Source: Candidatus Thorarchaeota archaeon SMTZ1-45 (GTDB lineage: Archaea > Asgardarchaeota > Thorarchaeia > Thorarchaeales > Thorarchaeaceae). From it: DNA of 38,307 bases. Location of the stretch: contig LRSL01000018.1 of the NCBI GenBank assembly GCA_001563335.1, positions 1 to 38,307 on the forward strand, given 5' to 3'. Shown piece after piece: positions 8,356-18,264 of the stretch. The position numbers and the translations under genes were made by a program. The first letter of the stretch is position 1, and every line of letters starts with the position of its first letter. The notes beneath the pieces were generated by a model. The model did not search any database. It saw only the letters and a program-made list of their open reading frames with translations, and was not told the DNA's origin.

Positions 8356-10569
8356 CTAACTAGTGATGCTTTCTAACTCACTTAAAATTGCATCAATCTC
8401 TCGACCAGGAGTTGAACGCAGTTTCAGTACAGCTCTTGATTCTTTAACAGAGAATCCGTATAGGGCAAAGACCAGAGCTTCAATCTTAGGTGATGTATCA
8501 TTTGATTTGAATTTTCTGACTTCTTCAATCAGCATTTCTCTGAAACCCTGAGATTCACTGCTCTTCATATCTGGTACTGGGAGTTGTGTTAGTTCACGAA
8601 TAGATATATGGTTATTAGTATTGGTGAGACTGAACCTCCAGTTCATCAGTTCAGAGTTTAAGATTCCAAGAAGCGAAAGTCGATAAGATTCATCTGAACC
8701 TCCCTGGATGGCTAGGTAGTTACAAGAGTTTGCTAATACAAAATTTGGAGGGATGTCTGCAAACTTCAATCTCCATCTTTGTGTCCTGTTTGAAACCTGC
8801 TGACCAGCGATTCTGAATTGGTTGATGTGTCTGACTCTTACAGATGTACCAAGTTGGCTCTTCAGTTTCTCAATATCAACATATTCAGTCCTTGTTCTGA
8901 CTCGGTTACTCAAAAGATATCGCGAGATGCTAGACCCACGTATCAAGCGAAAATCTGTAACACTAGATGTAATGCAATCTCGATTTAGTGTAAGATCTAG
9001 TTCACCACGATTTACAGACAAATAATCAAAGGAATGGATAGATGGATGAATATGAAGTTTGGACATCAGTTTCCAGCCAACTTTGTTCACCTGAGGTATT
9101 GCTAGGGATGAACTGCCTATTTTCTCAATTTTATCTGCGGGAATTTGATTTTGATAACAAGAACTCGCATCTTCAATATCATTCAAACCAAATTTAGCAA
9201 GGAAAGATTTGGTCTTGCCCCCACGCTTTAGTGTAATTATTGTCACAGATTGTGTTACTCCTTCAAACATCCGGGATGTTTCAGGAAAGTCATCAACTGT
9301 TAGAAGTCTATTCTCTTGGAGGATTGATTTTCTTATTGGAAAAGCAGAAAGGTCTCCGAGAATTGATGAAGGTACAACGAAACCAATGTAGCTTCCTTTT
9401 CCAGTCAGTTGAAGCGCTCGTTCAATGAATAGTCGGTAGACGTCAATTGTGTACCTATTGCCCAGATTGTATTCACCAGATTTTCTGAAGTAGCGGATAT
9501 CCTCGATCATTCTTTCTTTGTATTTTGAGAAGTTCTGCAGATAGATTTCACACTCTCTGGTTAGAAGTCGCTCTCTAAGGAATTCAGCGAGGTTTGGTTT
9601 CAGTCGCTCATATGGAGGGTTCATAATAATGAAATCAAATCCACCGTTTTTGAGGATATCACCAAATTCATCATTCCACTCGAATGGAGAACGAGAAACA
9701 GGATCTCTAAAGAATTCATTATAATCTGCATCCCCGTTTATGCCCTTAAGAGAGATTAATGAATTCCCTTGTTTTAGTGTAGCAAAAAGTTCTGACTCAC
9801 CCAGTTTCCTAGAATCAGTTTGTGAGAGAAGGCGAAGTGAAACGTCAGTCACTTCAAGAGCTCCAGAATCAATGTCCACTCCGTACAAATTGTGGCGAGT
9901 AATTTGCTTGTAGTCTAATATTCCATTGGTCTTAAGGACACGATAACTTACACCGCCTTTCTGCGCATTCTCAATTCCACTCTTCATTGCTCTGCTAAAT
10001 GCTTTCAGAGCAGAGATAAGGAAAATTCCAGTACCGCAAGCAGGGTCAAGAGTTCTCAGTGACATAATTTCTTCTAGGGCGGTAAGTCCTCTGGTTTTTG
10101 CCATTTCTGATAGCCTATTGAGCTTCGGAGATAGTGTCAATGAAACTATGTAATCAGCTATCTTAGGAGGAGTGTAGAAAGCTCCAAGGCGTTTCTGGAA
10201 TGTTCCTTTCTTGTATGAAAGAGGAAGAGAGTAACACCCTATTGAGTGAACCATACCAAGTAGAGCCACAGTTTCAAGAGGGGAGAGATTCATTGGAATC
10301 GAATATCTAAAAGATTCCAAGACCTCATTACTAAGATTAGTAATAGAAGTTCTAGAGATTCCTGCCTTCTCAGCCTCAAATGACAGATTAGAGAAAGAGT
10401 ATTGTTCGTCTAGCTGCCTTGAGGATAATACATAGTTTAGTCCAGCAAGCCTTACAGCTTCTGAAATCTCAATAGGCTTTTGCGAGCTGGTTGAAGAGTT
10501 CTCTATAAGGGATTCATGGAGACCACTGACAATTAGCCACGCAGTTTCTTGGAGCCCTGGTCTCACCAT
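8356..10569 (-). CDS. N6-adenine DNA methyltransferase (gamma class; Alw26I/Eco31I/Esp3I-family-like)
   Basis: GAFYTP, LDPACGTGIFL, GVDID and NPPY motifs; C-terminal TRD-like region; adjacent to the permuted m5C MTase. Confidence 0.9.
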   Translation of the reverse strand: MVRPGLQETAWLIVSGLHESLIENSSTSSQKPIEISEAVRLAGLNYVLSSRQLDEQYSFSNLSFEAEKAGISRTSITNLSNEVLESFRYSIPMNLSPLETVALLGMVHSIGCYSLPLSYKKGTFQKRLGAFYTPPKIADYIVSLTLSPKLNRLSEMAKTRGLTALEEIMSLRTLDPACGTGIFLISALKAFSRAMKSGIENAQKGGVSYRVLKTNGILDYKQITRHNLYGVDIDSGALEVTDVSLRLLSQTDSRKLGESELFATLKQGNSLISLKGINGDADYNEFFRDPVSRSPFEWNDEFGDILKNGGFDFIIMNPPYERLKPNLAEFLRERLLTRECEIYLQNFSKYKERMIEDIRYFRKSGEYNLGNRYTIDVYRLFIERALQLTGKGSYIGFVVPSSILGDLSAFPIRKSILQENRLLTVDDFPETSRMFEGVTQSVTIITLKRGGKTKSFLAKFGLNDIEDASSCYQNQIPADKIEKIGSSSLAIPQVNKVGWKLMSKLHIHPSIHSFDYLSVNRGELDLTLNRDCITSSVTDFRLIRGSSISRYLLSNRVRTRTEYVDIEKLKSQLGTSVRVRHINQFRIAGQQVSNRTQRWRLKFADIPPNFVLANSCNYLAIQGGSDESYRLSLLGILNSELMNWRFSLTNTNNHISIRELTQLPVPDMKSSESQGFREMLIEEVRKFKSNDTSPKIEALVFALYGFSVKESRAVLKLRSTPGREIDAILSELESITS

Positions 10570-10623
10570 AACATCCTCGAATCACAACAAGTGTCGTGTC
10601 AGAAAGATGTTTTGCTTAGAGGT

Positions 10624-10992
10624 CTACTTGGCATTTGTATCGCTTTGCATGATCCCCCATAGGTTTCCTTCAGTATCCTTGAAGTATGCTAAATATCCGA
10701 CACCAGGGATGACCTGTTTAGATCTGATGATTGTTCCTCCATTAGCCTCAATCATCTTGACTGTATCATCGACTGACGATACATCTATTGTGTTGATAGG
10801 GACATCATCTTCACTCTGGCGCATTCCAAATGCACCATTTATTCCAGGATCCTTCTCATCGCCAGTCATTAAGAACCAGTAGTCGATTGGACCATTCCAT
10901 TTCTGAACAGTCCAACCAAAAACCTCCTCATAGAACTTGGTTATACGATCAACATCATCTGCAAGTATTTCGAAATGCACTACTCGGCCCAT
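10624..10992 (-). CDS. VOC family (glyoxalase/bleomycin-resistance) protein
   Basis: MGRVVHFEI..FYEEVFGW..GING..IPGVGYLAYFKDTEGN; start taken at ATG 10992. Confidence 0.9.
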   Translation of the reverse strand: MGRVVHFEILADDVDRITKFYEEVFGWTVQKWNGPIDYWFLMTGDEKDPGINGAFGMRQSEDDVPINTIDVSSVDDTVKMIEANGGTIIRSKQVIPGVGYLAYFKDTEGNLWGIMQSDTNAK

Positions 10993-11085
10993 TAGGATCA
11001 ACCAATTCATTATTAACAATAGTGAATATTAAGGTTCCGTTCATAGTGTGTGAATATTTTAGGTAGTAATGACTTCTAGTCATAT

Positions 11086-11841
11086 ATGGTGAGAGAGAGA
11101 GAGATTGCAGAACTAGAACTTCTTGCATCACGCTGTTGGCCAGCAAAGGAAATTATCAACTACAAAGGATGGATAATTCATTGGAACGATGGTGTCACTT
11201 GGAGAGCCAATAGTGTTCTTCCAAACGAATGGGTGAGCAGTGTTGGTGTAGAAAAAGTAATTGATTATGTTATTGATTTGTATAAGGAAAAGAACACGCC
11301 TCCAGCTTTCAAACTCACCTCAGCTAGTCAACCGAAAGAACTTGATCAGTTATTGGAAGACAAGGGTTTTGAAAAACATATGGTCACGCATTTCCAGACT
11401 GCCCCTATAGAGGATATATCATGTCTGGATCCACGCTTACCAGTTGACTTATTCAAGGTGAATGATGAATCACTAAACATCCTCATGCACAGGTCAAAGA
11501 GAGAGAAGAGTGCCATTAAAGTAAGAAGGGAAATCATTAAGCGAATTTCGGGAGCAAAGAACATAGCAAAAGTCATGATGCATGGTAATATCGCAGGAGT
11601 GGGATTAGGAGTAATTGAGGGAGATTGGCTTGGTCTATTCTCGATTAGAACTATGCCTGAGTTTCAACGAAAAGGAGTCGCATGGTCGGTGAATTGTGCA
11701 CTTGCACAATGGGGTGAAGACCTTGAAGCTAAACAAATATTTCTTCAAGTCGAGGCTGATAATATACCTGCTCTGAAACTTTACGAGTCAATGGGGTTCA
11801 AAACATTGTACACATACTGGTATAGAATACTTCAAGTTTAA
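11086..11841 (+). CDS. GNAT family N-acetyltransferase
   Basis: RANSV N-terminal motif, PEFQRKGVA acetyl-CoA motif A, LQVEADNIPALKLYESMGF. Confidence 0.9.
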   Translation: MVREREIAELELLASRCWPAKEIINYKGWIIHWNDGVTWRANSVLPNEWVSSVGVEKVIDYVIDLYKEKNTPPAFKLTSASQPKELDQLLEDKGFEKHMVTHFQTAPIEDISCLDPRLPVDLFKVNDESLNILMHRSKREKSAIKVRREIIKRISGAKNIAKVMMHGNIAGVGLGVIEGDWLGLFSIRTMPEFQRKGVAWSVNCALAQWGEDLEAKQIFLQVEADNIPALKLYESMGFKTLYTYWYRILQV

Positions 11842-11984
11842 GACTTAAAGCATGACTGTTCTTATATCGAATAACCACTAAGACTAACAAGAAATGTATG
11901 TCTAGATTTTCAATTCATTCTTTCTTACCCATAGCGCTAAACCTATTCCTAATATACTAGGAGTCAGAATGATTTTCGATTAAT

Positions 11985-13067
11985 ATGAAATGGAGAGTCC
12001 TCTTGGTTGCAGTACTATTAGTGTTTTGTCTTGCCTTCTCAAATCCTCGAGTAGTTTCTACACTGGATATTCCAGACACAGCAGATATCGAAGTTCTAAT
12101 TCTAGTGACTAATGGTTTTGGCTGGAATTACTTCGATGCAAAGGATTGCTTGGAGTTATGGGGAGTTAATGTTACAACTGTCGCGTATGCTCTTGATTAT
12201 GAGATCGATTCGTGTTTAAATAGAGAACCAAGACCAATTACAGCTGATCTCTTGATGTCTGAAATGACAACCGAGATGGTTCAAGAGTTCGATTGTCTTC
12301 TTGTGACTTCAGGGGGTCATTGGGCGAGTCTAATTGCAGACAATACTGTCTTGAATTTCATTTCAGATGCATACGATCTAGGTTTGGTTGTAGCCTCGAT
12401 TTGCACAGGAACCAGAGTTGTTGCTGAAGCCAATGGCATAGTGAATGGTTGCAAAGTGATAGAATTCTCATTGAGTATGGGACAAATGGCATTAGCTGGA
12501 GCAACTACTGTCTATGGTATCGAGGCAATTACTGATGGGCAAATTATTACTGGAGGTCGTGGTGGAGGCACAGGTGGAGGTGGATGGCTCGAAGCTCCAA
12601 CTTCAGAGGTCTGCGCTGAGATTGTTAGACAAGTTTTAGGGTTATCGAGAGTTACAAATTCATCAATAACACCAGCTAGAGGACCAAGTGGTACTACTTT
12701 CACAATAGTGGCTGACACCAGTAACCTAAACGAATCCCTTGGTGAAATATTATCAACAGACATCGAAGAAGTGACTGCGCAAATCTATGTTCTGGGAAAT
12801 CGGACACTTATTGATACAATCGAACTTACAAATCCCGATCAAAATGGAAACTATACTGGATATTTCGTAGGTCTAGAAGATGGAGATTATATAGTAGATA
12901 TTGAGATAGAAGATTCCAATTCCACACTTGAGGTTGTGAGAGAGTTAGAAACATTCAGTGTGGGAATTGAGCCTACTCAACCAATAGACGTTGTACTGAT
13001 ATCCACAGTAACTGGTGGAAGTATTATAATCATAATATTGGTAGTTGCTCTTACAAGGAAGAAGTGA
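11985..13067 (+). CDS. Secreted, C-terminally membrane-anchored DJ-1/PfpI-family protein with an Ig-like domain
   Basis: Signal peptide; FDCLLVTSGG, ASICTG nucleophile elbow, TDGQIITG; beta-rich C-terminal domain; TM helix plus RKK tail. Confidence 0.8.
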   Translation: MKWRVLLVAVLLVFCLAFSNPRVVSTLDIPDTADIEVLILVTNGFGWNYFDAKDCLELWGVNVTTVAYALDYEIDSCLNREPRPITADLLMSEMTTEMVQEFDCLLVTSGGHWASLIADNTVLNFISDAYDLGLVVASICTGTRVVAEANGIVNGCKVIEFSLSMGQMALAGATTVYGIEAITDGQIITGGRGGGTGGGGWLEAPTSEVCAEIVRQVLGLSRVTNSSITPARGPSGTTFTIVADTSNLNESLGEILSTDIEEVTAQIYVLGNRTLIDTIELTNPDQNGNYTGYFVGLEDGDYIVDIEIEDSNSTLEVVRELETFSVGIEPTQPIDVVLISTVTGGSIIIIILVVALTRKK

Positions 13068-13076
13068 TAGAAATCC

Positions 13077-13850
13077 TCACCTTATTGGCTTAAGATAATA
13101 AGCTTCCCAAGGATCCGGATTGATGTAACCTAGCTTCAGTGCTAGATTGATTGAGGCTTCATTTGCTGCATCCCATTGAGGTACAATTCCATTCTCTAGA
13201 GCATGAATTAATAGAGCGGCTGATGCCACTGTTGCTAGTCCCTTCCTCCGATGTTCTAGATCGAATGTATCAACTTGAATTTCGAACTCGTTTGTGAATG
13301 GCATAAATGTTGAAGCCATGCAGACTAGTTTGCTTCCATAGTAGATGCCATAAGCAATACCCATTTTATGGAAAGACTCTGAGCTACCAAAGAAAGTGGG
13401 GATGTGCATTGAGTTTCTCTTATCTAGACGTTTGATTGCTTCAAGTTCCATTCGTTTCAATTTGTAGTCTTTAGGCAATTGATTTAGAAGATGTTTAAGA
13501 TGGTCGAGATTGAGTGTATCCGGAGAGAGCAATGCTCTCTTTTGGATTCCTAACCTCTCACCCCAAAGATTCTTGATAATCCGGGTCCATTTGTCATCAG
13601 GTCCAAATACTAGTTGCATAGGTTCAATCATGCGAATTAGCTCTACTGCATCAGGACTTGTGCTGTCTCCAGCAACGGCATTTATCACAACAAGTTGAAG
13701 TCTAGCGACTGTTGGAGCTTCAGTAGAGTTGGTCCAAATATTACCTCGTCCTTGATCCAGCGCAGGAAAAATCAATGCTCGAGCTCTCTTATGGGATTCG
13801 AAGAGGGATCTAAGTTGGCTTCTATCCTCATCAACCCATTCGATTATCAT
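13077..13850 (-). CDS. GNAT family N-acetyltransferase
   Basis: FEIQVDT..EHRRKGLAT..PQWDAANEASINLALKLGY. Confidence 0.9.
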   Translation of the reverse strand: MIIEWVDEDRSQLRSLFESHKRARALIFPALDQGRGNIWTNSTEAPTVARLQLVVINAVAGDSTSPDAVELIRMIEPMQLVFGPDDKWTRIIKNLWGERLGIQKRALLSPDTLNLDHLKHLLNQLPKDYKLKRMELEAIKRLDKRNSMHIPTFFGSSESFHKMGIAYGIYYGSKLVCMASTFMPFTNEFEIQVDTFDLEHRRKGLATVASAALLIHALENGIVPQWDAANEASINLALKLGYINPDPWEAYYLKPIR

Positions 13851-14031
13851 GAAAGGTCAGATTTTTCTCATTTAAAATAGGTAATGAATCAGTTGGATTA
13901 TGCATGTGTTAATTTCTTGGATTTTTCACTCATAACCTTCATGTGGTTCTCTATCTGATGGGACTATATTTCAAAGGAATACAAAGATCTTCGTCATCAA
14001 TTATAGCTTGCAGAAGAAGCGCAGCTCATAG

Positions 14032-14709
14032 CTAGAAACTATATTTCTTAACATTGGCTTCAGTCAGCCTAAGAGTCAACAACAGGAAATCCTGCCCATA
14101 TGTTCGCAGCGCAAGTCCAACCTCAGCCAATATTCCTGGTACTTCTTTTCGGACATATTCAAAGAGTGCTTCCTCAGATTCCTCCAAAGCGGCTTGCATA
14201 TTGACCATGTGAGCATGAAGCATACCTTTACTGATTCGCCCAACCTCTTTGAGCAGCCATCTTTCAAGAGCCATCTGAATTTCTTTGCCAACATTTTCAG
14301 ATTCTTTGATAAGTTCAGATGTAATTTGAGTAGTTCCGTGAATGCGTTTAGGCTGTACTTTTCGACTGCCAAGTACTAATCGCATTTCATCCAGAGGTTC
14401 CTTTGGAAGTATTTCTTTTCCAACATCAGAAGAGATTAACAATCTACGATACGCACGTTTTCCATGAAAATCCATTGGAGCTAGATATCCTTTTGCTTCA
14501 AGAGCCTTAAGATGAGACCTGAATTCTTCTTGAAGCATAAGTGATCTACTTGCTGACAGATTGAGATACCTCTGATAAAGTGCATCTTCAGTTTCAATTA
14601 TAGCCCACCCAAAGGATCTCATGATATCTAGTTCAAGTGGGGTGGGACGCTCAGTCTCGCCTCCTCTCTCGGGCAATGTAATACCTCTATAATATTGTTC
14701 GATTATCAT
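14032..14709 (-). CDS. Hypothetical protein (possible N-terminal winged helix)
   Basis: 225-aa ORF; FRSHLKALEAKGYLAP..GKRAYR resembles a wHTH recognition helix and wing. Confidence 0.6.
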   Translation of the reverse strand: MIIEQYYRGITLPERGGETERPTPLELDIMRSFGWAIIETEDALYQRYLNLSASRSLMLQEEFRSHLKALEAKGYLAPMDFHGKRAYRRLLISSDVGKEILPKEPLDEMRLVLGSRKVQPKRIHGTTQITSELIKESENVGKEIQMALERWLLKEVGRISKGMLHAHMVNMQAALEESEEALFEYVRKEVPGILAEVGLALRTYGQDFLLLTLRLTEANVKKYSF

Positions 14710-14793
14710 TAGGTCTTCTAATAAATCTTCTAATAATTCTCCTTGTGGAAAATCGTAAATCAGAAGTAGCCTTTTTGTTATCTTTTGTTAGAC

Positions 14794-15594
14794 ATGGAGA
14801 ATAATAGAGAAGCTATCTATGATTTACTTGTAGTGGATGACCACAAAGGATTGGCAGCTTTTATCAACAAGCTACTGAAAAAAGATGTAAAATCAGGAGA
14901 GGACTGGCTTGAGCTTGTATCAATTCTCCAAAGGGGATGTCAAGATAATTTTCAGAAACATTGGCTGAAAATCCAATACACCGTTCTTTCTGTATCCAAA
15001 ATCCCAGAACTTGTGGGTGTGGATTGCAATCTTTTCGAAGAGCTACAAGCTATAGAAATTCCAAATGACTTAGGGCATCTTTCAAACCTGCTTTTTGGAA
15101 GATTGATTGAAGTCGTAAAAAAACAACTAAAAAATGGAGGATCAACGCTCTTTTTTAATGTTAAAGGCATTTCATCAACACGTTCATCCATCATCACCTC
15201 AGAGTTGATTCAAGCACGATATCGAGAAACAATACTTGTTTTGAAAGAGATTGAAGAGAGGATACCTTCATTGACGAAGGAATGGGTGGATGTATCTCGT
15301 CTTTGGAAAACAGGCAATGGATATCGGATACTTAAAGCAAGAGACCTCGGAATTCATATCCATGTTAAAGACTACAAAGAAATTAGGAACTTGTTATTGA
15401 AAGAAATGAAAGCCGATCCAGATAAACTCCCAGAAGAAAGTATGAAATTAATAGAGAAAGATTCAAGGTACCTGCAGTTCTCTAAGACTCTGGATGAATT
15501 CGTTAGTGGTCTAATTGCATCTCGTGGAATTAGAGGCTCATTTGATCCGTATTATAGGTCATGGATCAATCATGAGGGATTGGATGAGTTTTGA
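14794..15594 (+). CDS. Hypothetical protein
   Basis: Long ORF with globular composition; no motif recognised. Confidence 0.65.
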   Translation: MENNREAIYDLLVVDDHKGLAAFINKLLKKDVKSGEDWLELVSILQRGCQDNFQKHWLKIQYTVLSVSKIPELVGVDCNLFEELQAIEIPNDLGHLSNLLFGRLIEVVKKQLKNGGSTLFFNVKGISSTRSSIITSELIQARYRETILVLKEIEERIPSLTKEWVDVSRLWKTGNGYRILKARDLGIHIHVKDYKEIRNLLLKEMKADPDKLPEESMKLIEKDSRYLQFSKTLDEFVSGLIASRGIRGSFDPYYRSWINHEGLDEF

Positions 15595-15654
15595 AGACAA
15601 TACTAATGAGTGATGAATATTAAATACAATATAACTGTCAAGGAAACGTTAGCC

Positions 15655-16461
15655 ATGTCGGACACAGAAAAGGACGTTCAGAGGCTCATTGAAGACTTAG
15701 GGGTGAATCCCAAAGACTCTCAAAAATGGCATACCCTTGGAGTCGCCTACCTATCTTTGAATGAGGCAGAAAAAGCAGAAGATGCATTCCAAAAGTGTCT
15801 GAAACTTGACAAAAACAATGCATTTGCTCATGGCGATTTAGGAGGGTTGTATATCCTCAGAGGTAAAAACAAGAAAGCAATTAAACACCTAGAGAAATCA
15901 GTTAAGCTCGAACCTGGAAAATTTGAATACTGGTCAGCGTTGGGAGTGGCTTATTTCCAAAGGGGCAGCTACGATGACGCAGTTGAAGCATTTCATCACT
16001 GTCTCTCTATTAATCCAGCCTATTATGATGCAGTTGTTTCTCTTGGAATGACATATAGCAAGATGCAGCTATGGGAAAAAGCGCTTGAGACTCTTACACG
16101 AGCAGAGAAGATCAGTCCCAACAGCTATCATGCGCTAAAGGCAATTGCAAAATCATTAAGACATCTTAATAGAACTGAAGAACTTGAACAGCTGTATCAC
16201 AGAATGCATATGATGTTCCCGAAAGATCCTAGTTTTGCCATGTATTTAGGACAGATGACTTTTGATAGTGGTAAGACCGAGGAGGGACTCAAATATTATC
16301 GGAAAGCTATTGAGATTGACTCTGAATCTCTAATTGGATGGAAAATTCTATCAGAAGCGTTAGGAAAGTTAGGTAGGAAAGAGGAAGCACAAAAAGCACA
16401 TGAGAAGTATAAAGAGATTGAAGATAAACTAAAGCGTGCAAATGTACGTTTATTTGGTTAA
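15655..16461 (+). CDS. Tetratricopeptide repeat protein
   Basis: Repeated W..LG.AY....EKA..AF..L.L.P units of about 34 aa. Confidence 0.9.
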   Translation: MSDTEKDVQRLIEDLGVNPKDSQKWHTLGVAYLSLNEAEKAEDAFQKCLKLDKNNAFAHGDLGGLYILRGKNKKAIKHLEKSVKLEPGKFEYWSALGVAYFQRGSYDDAVEAFHHCLSINPAYYDAVVSLGMTYSKMQLWEKALETLTRAEKISPNSYHALKAIAKSLRHLNRTEELEQLYHRMHMMFPKDPSFAMYLGQMTFDSGKTEEGLKYYRKAIEIDSESLIGWKILSEALGKLGRKEEAQKAHEKYKEIEDKLKRANVRLFG

Positions 16462-16468
16462 CAAGCAT

Positions 16469-17254
16469 TCATCCGAACTTCAAACAAGCCATCGATATGG
16501 AACCCATGATGATTCTCCTATTGAATAACTCAATATTCCCTGACTCTTTGGCTGCACCCTTTGCATAGACCAGAGGTAAATAATGGTCCAATGAAGGGTG
16601 AGCTTTTTTCCCAATATCTTTCATATTTTCAAAGTCAATGAAGACAGCTATGTTATCTGAAGATAGCGAATCCAAAATCTTCTCTTCAAACTCTTGCGCC
16701 CAATAATATTGCGAATTTTGATTATACCAATTCACAGCTGCAAGATTGTGAACGAGATTTCCACTCCCAATTATGAGAACTCCCTGGTTTCTGAGGAAGT
16801 CAAGTTGTTGACCTAGCTTAAAATGGAATCGAGGTGGTTTTGTGTAGTCAATACTGAGCTGGAGAGTGGGGATATTTGCATCTGGATACATTTGCTTAAG
16901 AACAGACCAGGTACCATGATCGAGACCCCAGGACTGGTCGAGGTTGATTGAGTAGTCCTCGAGTCTTTTGGAGATTGTTTTAGCTAGGTTGGGAGCACCA
17001 GGAGCGGGATATTGCTGTTGGTATAACTCGGGAGGAAACCCGTAGAAATCATGTATTGTTCTTGGTTGCTTCATGGCTCCGATCATTGAATTTGAAGTAT
17101 ACCAGTGAGCAGACACACAGAGAATTGCATCAGGGTGAGGAACCTTGCTAGCAATCTCTCTCCATCCTTTCGTAAATTCATTTTCCTCTATAGTATTCAT
17201 AGGCGAGCCATGTCCGATGAAGAGAGTTGGCATTAGATTAGACATATTATTCAT
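16469..17254 (-). CDS. ygiD: 4,5-DOPA extradiol dioxygenase (LigB family)
   Basis: LFIGHGSPMN, CVSAHW, TIHDFYGFP, GLDHGTW, GSGNLVHNL, AHPSLDHYLPL. Confidence 0.92.
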   Translation of the reverse strand: MNNMSNLMPTLFIGHGSPMNTIEENEFTKGWREIASKVPHPDAILCVSAHWYTSNSMIGAMKQPRTIHDFYGFPPELYQQQYPAPGAPNLAKTISKRLEDYSINLDQSWGLDHGTWSVLKQMYPDANIPTLQLSIDYTKPPRFHFKLGQQLDFLRNQGVLIIGSGNLVHNLAAVNWYNQNSQYYWAQEFEEKILDSLSSDNIAVFIDFENMKDIGKKAHPSLDHYLPLVYAKGAAKESGNIELFNRRIIMGSISMACLKFG

Positions 17255-17318
17255 TCAATCTAGAAGATGTTGCTATAAACCGTGATTTAGGTGCACTGCA
17301 ATGCGGTGATGTTTTGGA

Positions 17319-18017
17319 CTAGAGCAAGAATACTGCGAGAATTCCAGTAAGAAAGACTCCATCCCATGTACCTGCCCCTCCAATTGATGCTTTACCGGTT
17401 TTTAGTTTTGACAATTTTCCTAGATTCAAAATATCAGCCCCAATCAATGTTCCAAGTGTTCCAGAAACATAAGCAATTGCATATGCATTGTAAAATCCTG
17501 GTGCAATTGCTATCATAGCGATGGTCACGAATACTGCAACTAGTGCTGGAAGGAAGGCTGGAGTAAGAATACCAACATTCGGCTCAATTCTAGCAACTCT
17601 ATGTACAGCAAGAGTGACAATTGCAACTGAGATTGCAAACTGAACTGGTGCAGCAAGATTCATGAGTATAAGGTATCCACTCACAAGAATAGGGATTATA
17701 GCGCCTCCTAGATTGATACTTATTTGTGTTTCACCAGGACATTCGGGATAAAAAACTTGATAGCTGACACCCCAGAATTGAATGTATGGTTCCTCAGTAC
17801 AAGGTGCGGGATCTGATTCAATAGTGTAAAGGGGAATATTGACCAAGCTTCCTAATAGCGAACCAGGAACTATTAGGATTGCCAGCCACATGGGAATTCC
17901 GAGTTGAATGAATGCAATGCCAATAGCTTGGAGAAAGAACAAACTAAGAATTACGAATGCGAGCATTGTAAAAGCTGAGAAGCTGCCACGTCCATGTTGA
18001 AGTCGTACTTGACTCAT
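17319..18017 (-). CDS. DUF1614-family membrane protein
   Basis: GSLVNIP, INLGGAIIP, GTLGTLIGADILNL, SIGGAGTWDGVFLTG; start taken at ATG 18017. Confidence 0.88.
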   Translation of the reverse strand: MSQVRLQHGRGSFSAFTMLAFVILSLFFLQAIGIAFIQLGIPMWLAILIVPGSLLGSLVNIPLYTIESDPAPCTEEPYIQFWGVSYQVFYPECPGETQISINLGGAIIPILVSGYLILMNLAAPVQFAISVAIVTLAVHRVARIEPNVGILTPAFLPALVAVFVTIAMIAIAPGFYNAYAIAYVSGTLGTLIGADILNLGKLSKLKTGKASIGGAGTWDGVFLTGILAVFLL

Positions 18018-18264
18018 TGAAATACCAAGACATCCTTCGATACTTTTTCTTTTGAGAATTAGCATATGTCGAAGAGTTAGTAATTTGATTTGTAAAATAA
18101 ATGGAGAGAGGAATCTGGTGACATTTATCAAATCAATCTTATCAGTGCAAATATTCTTTTGAATAAAAGGGAATATCAAAATTTAGAGGGAGAAATAATA
18201 TGGTCACTGTATGGCCAGCATATTGCATTCAGAAAAAGGGAATTAGTAGAAGGTAGGTGATTGC

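Noticed and set aside
10519-10564. Two Eco31I/BsaI sites (GAGACC, GGTCTC) at the 5' end of the m6A MTase as an autoregulatory switch
   Set aside because: The hexamer occurs many times in the window, the enzyme's target is only inferred, and both sites are inside the coding region.
18210-18240. Possible fourth tRNA-Cys 3' relic (atggccagc..ttgcattcagaaaaa)
   Set aside because: It needs gaps to align and cannot be told apart from chance.
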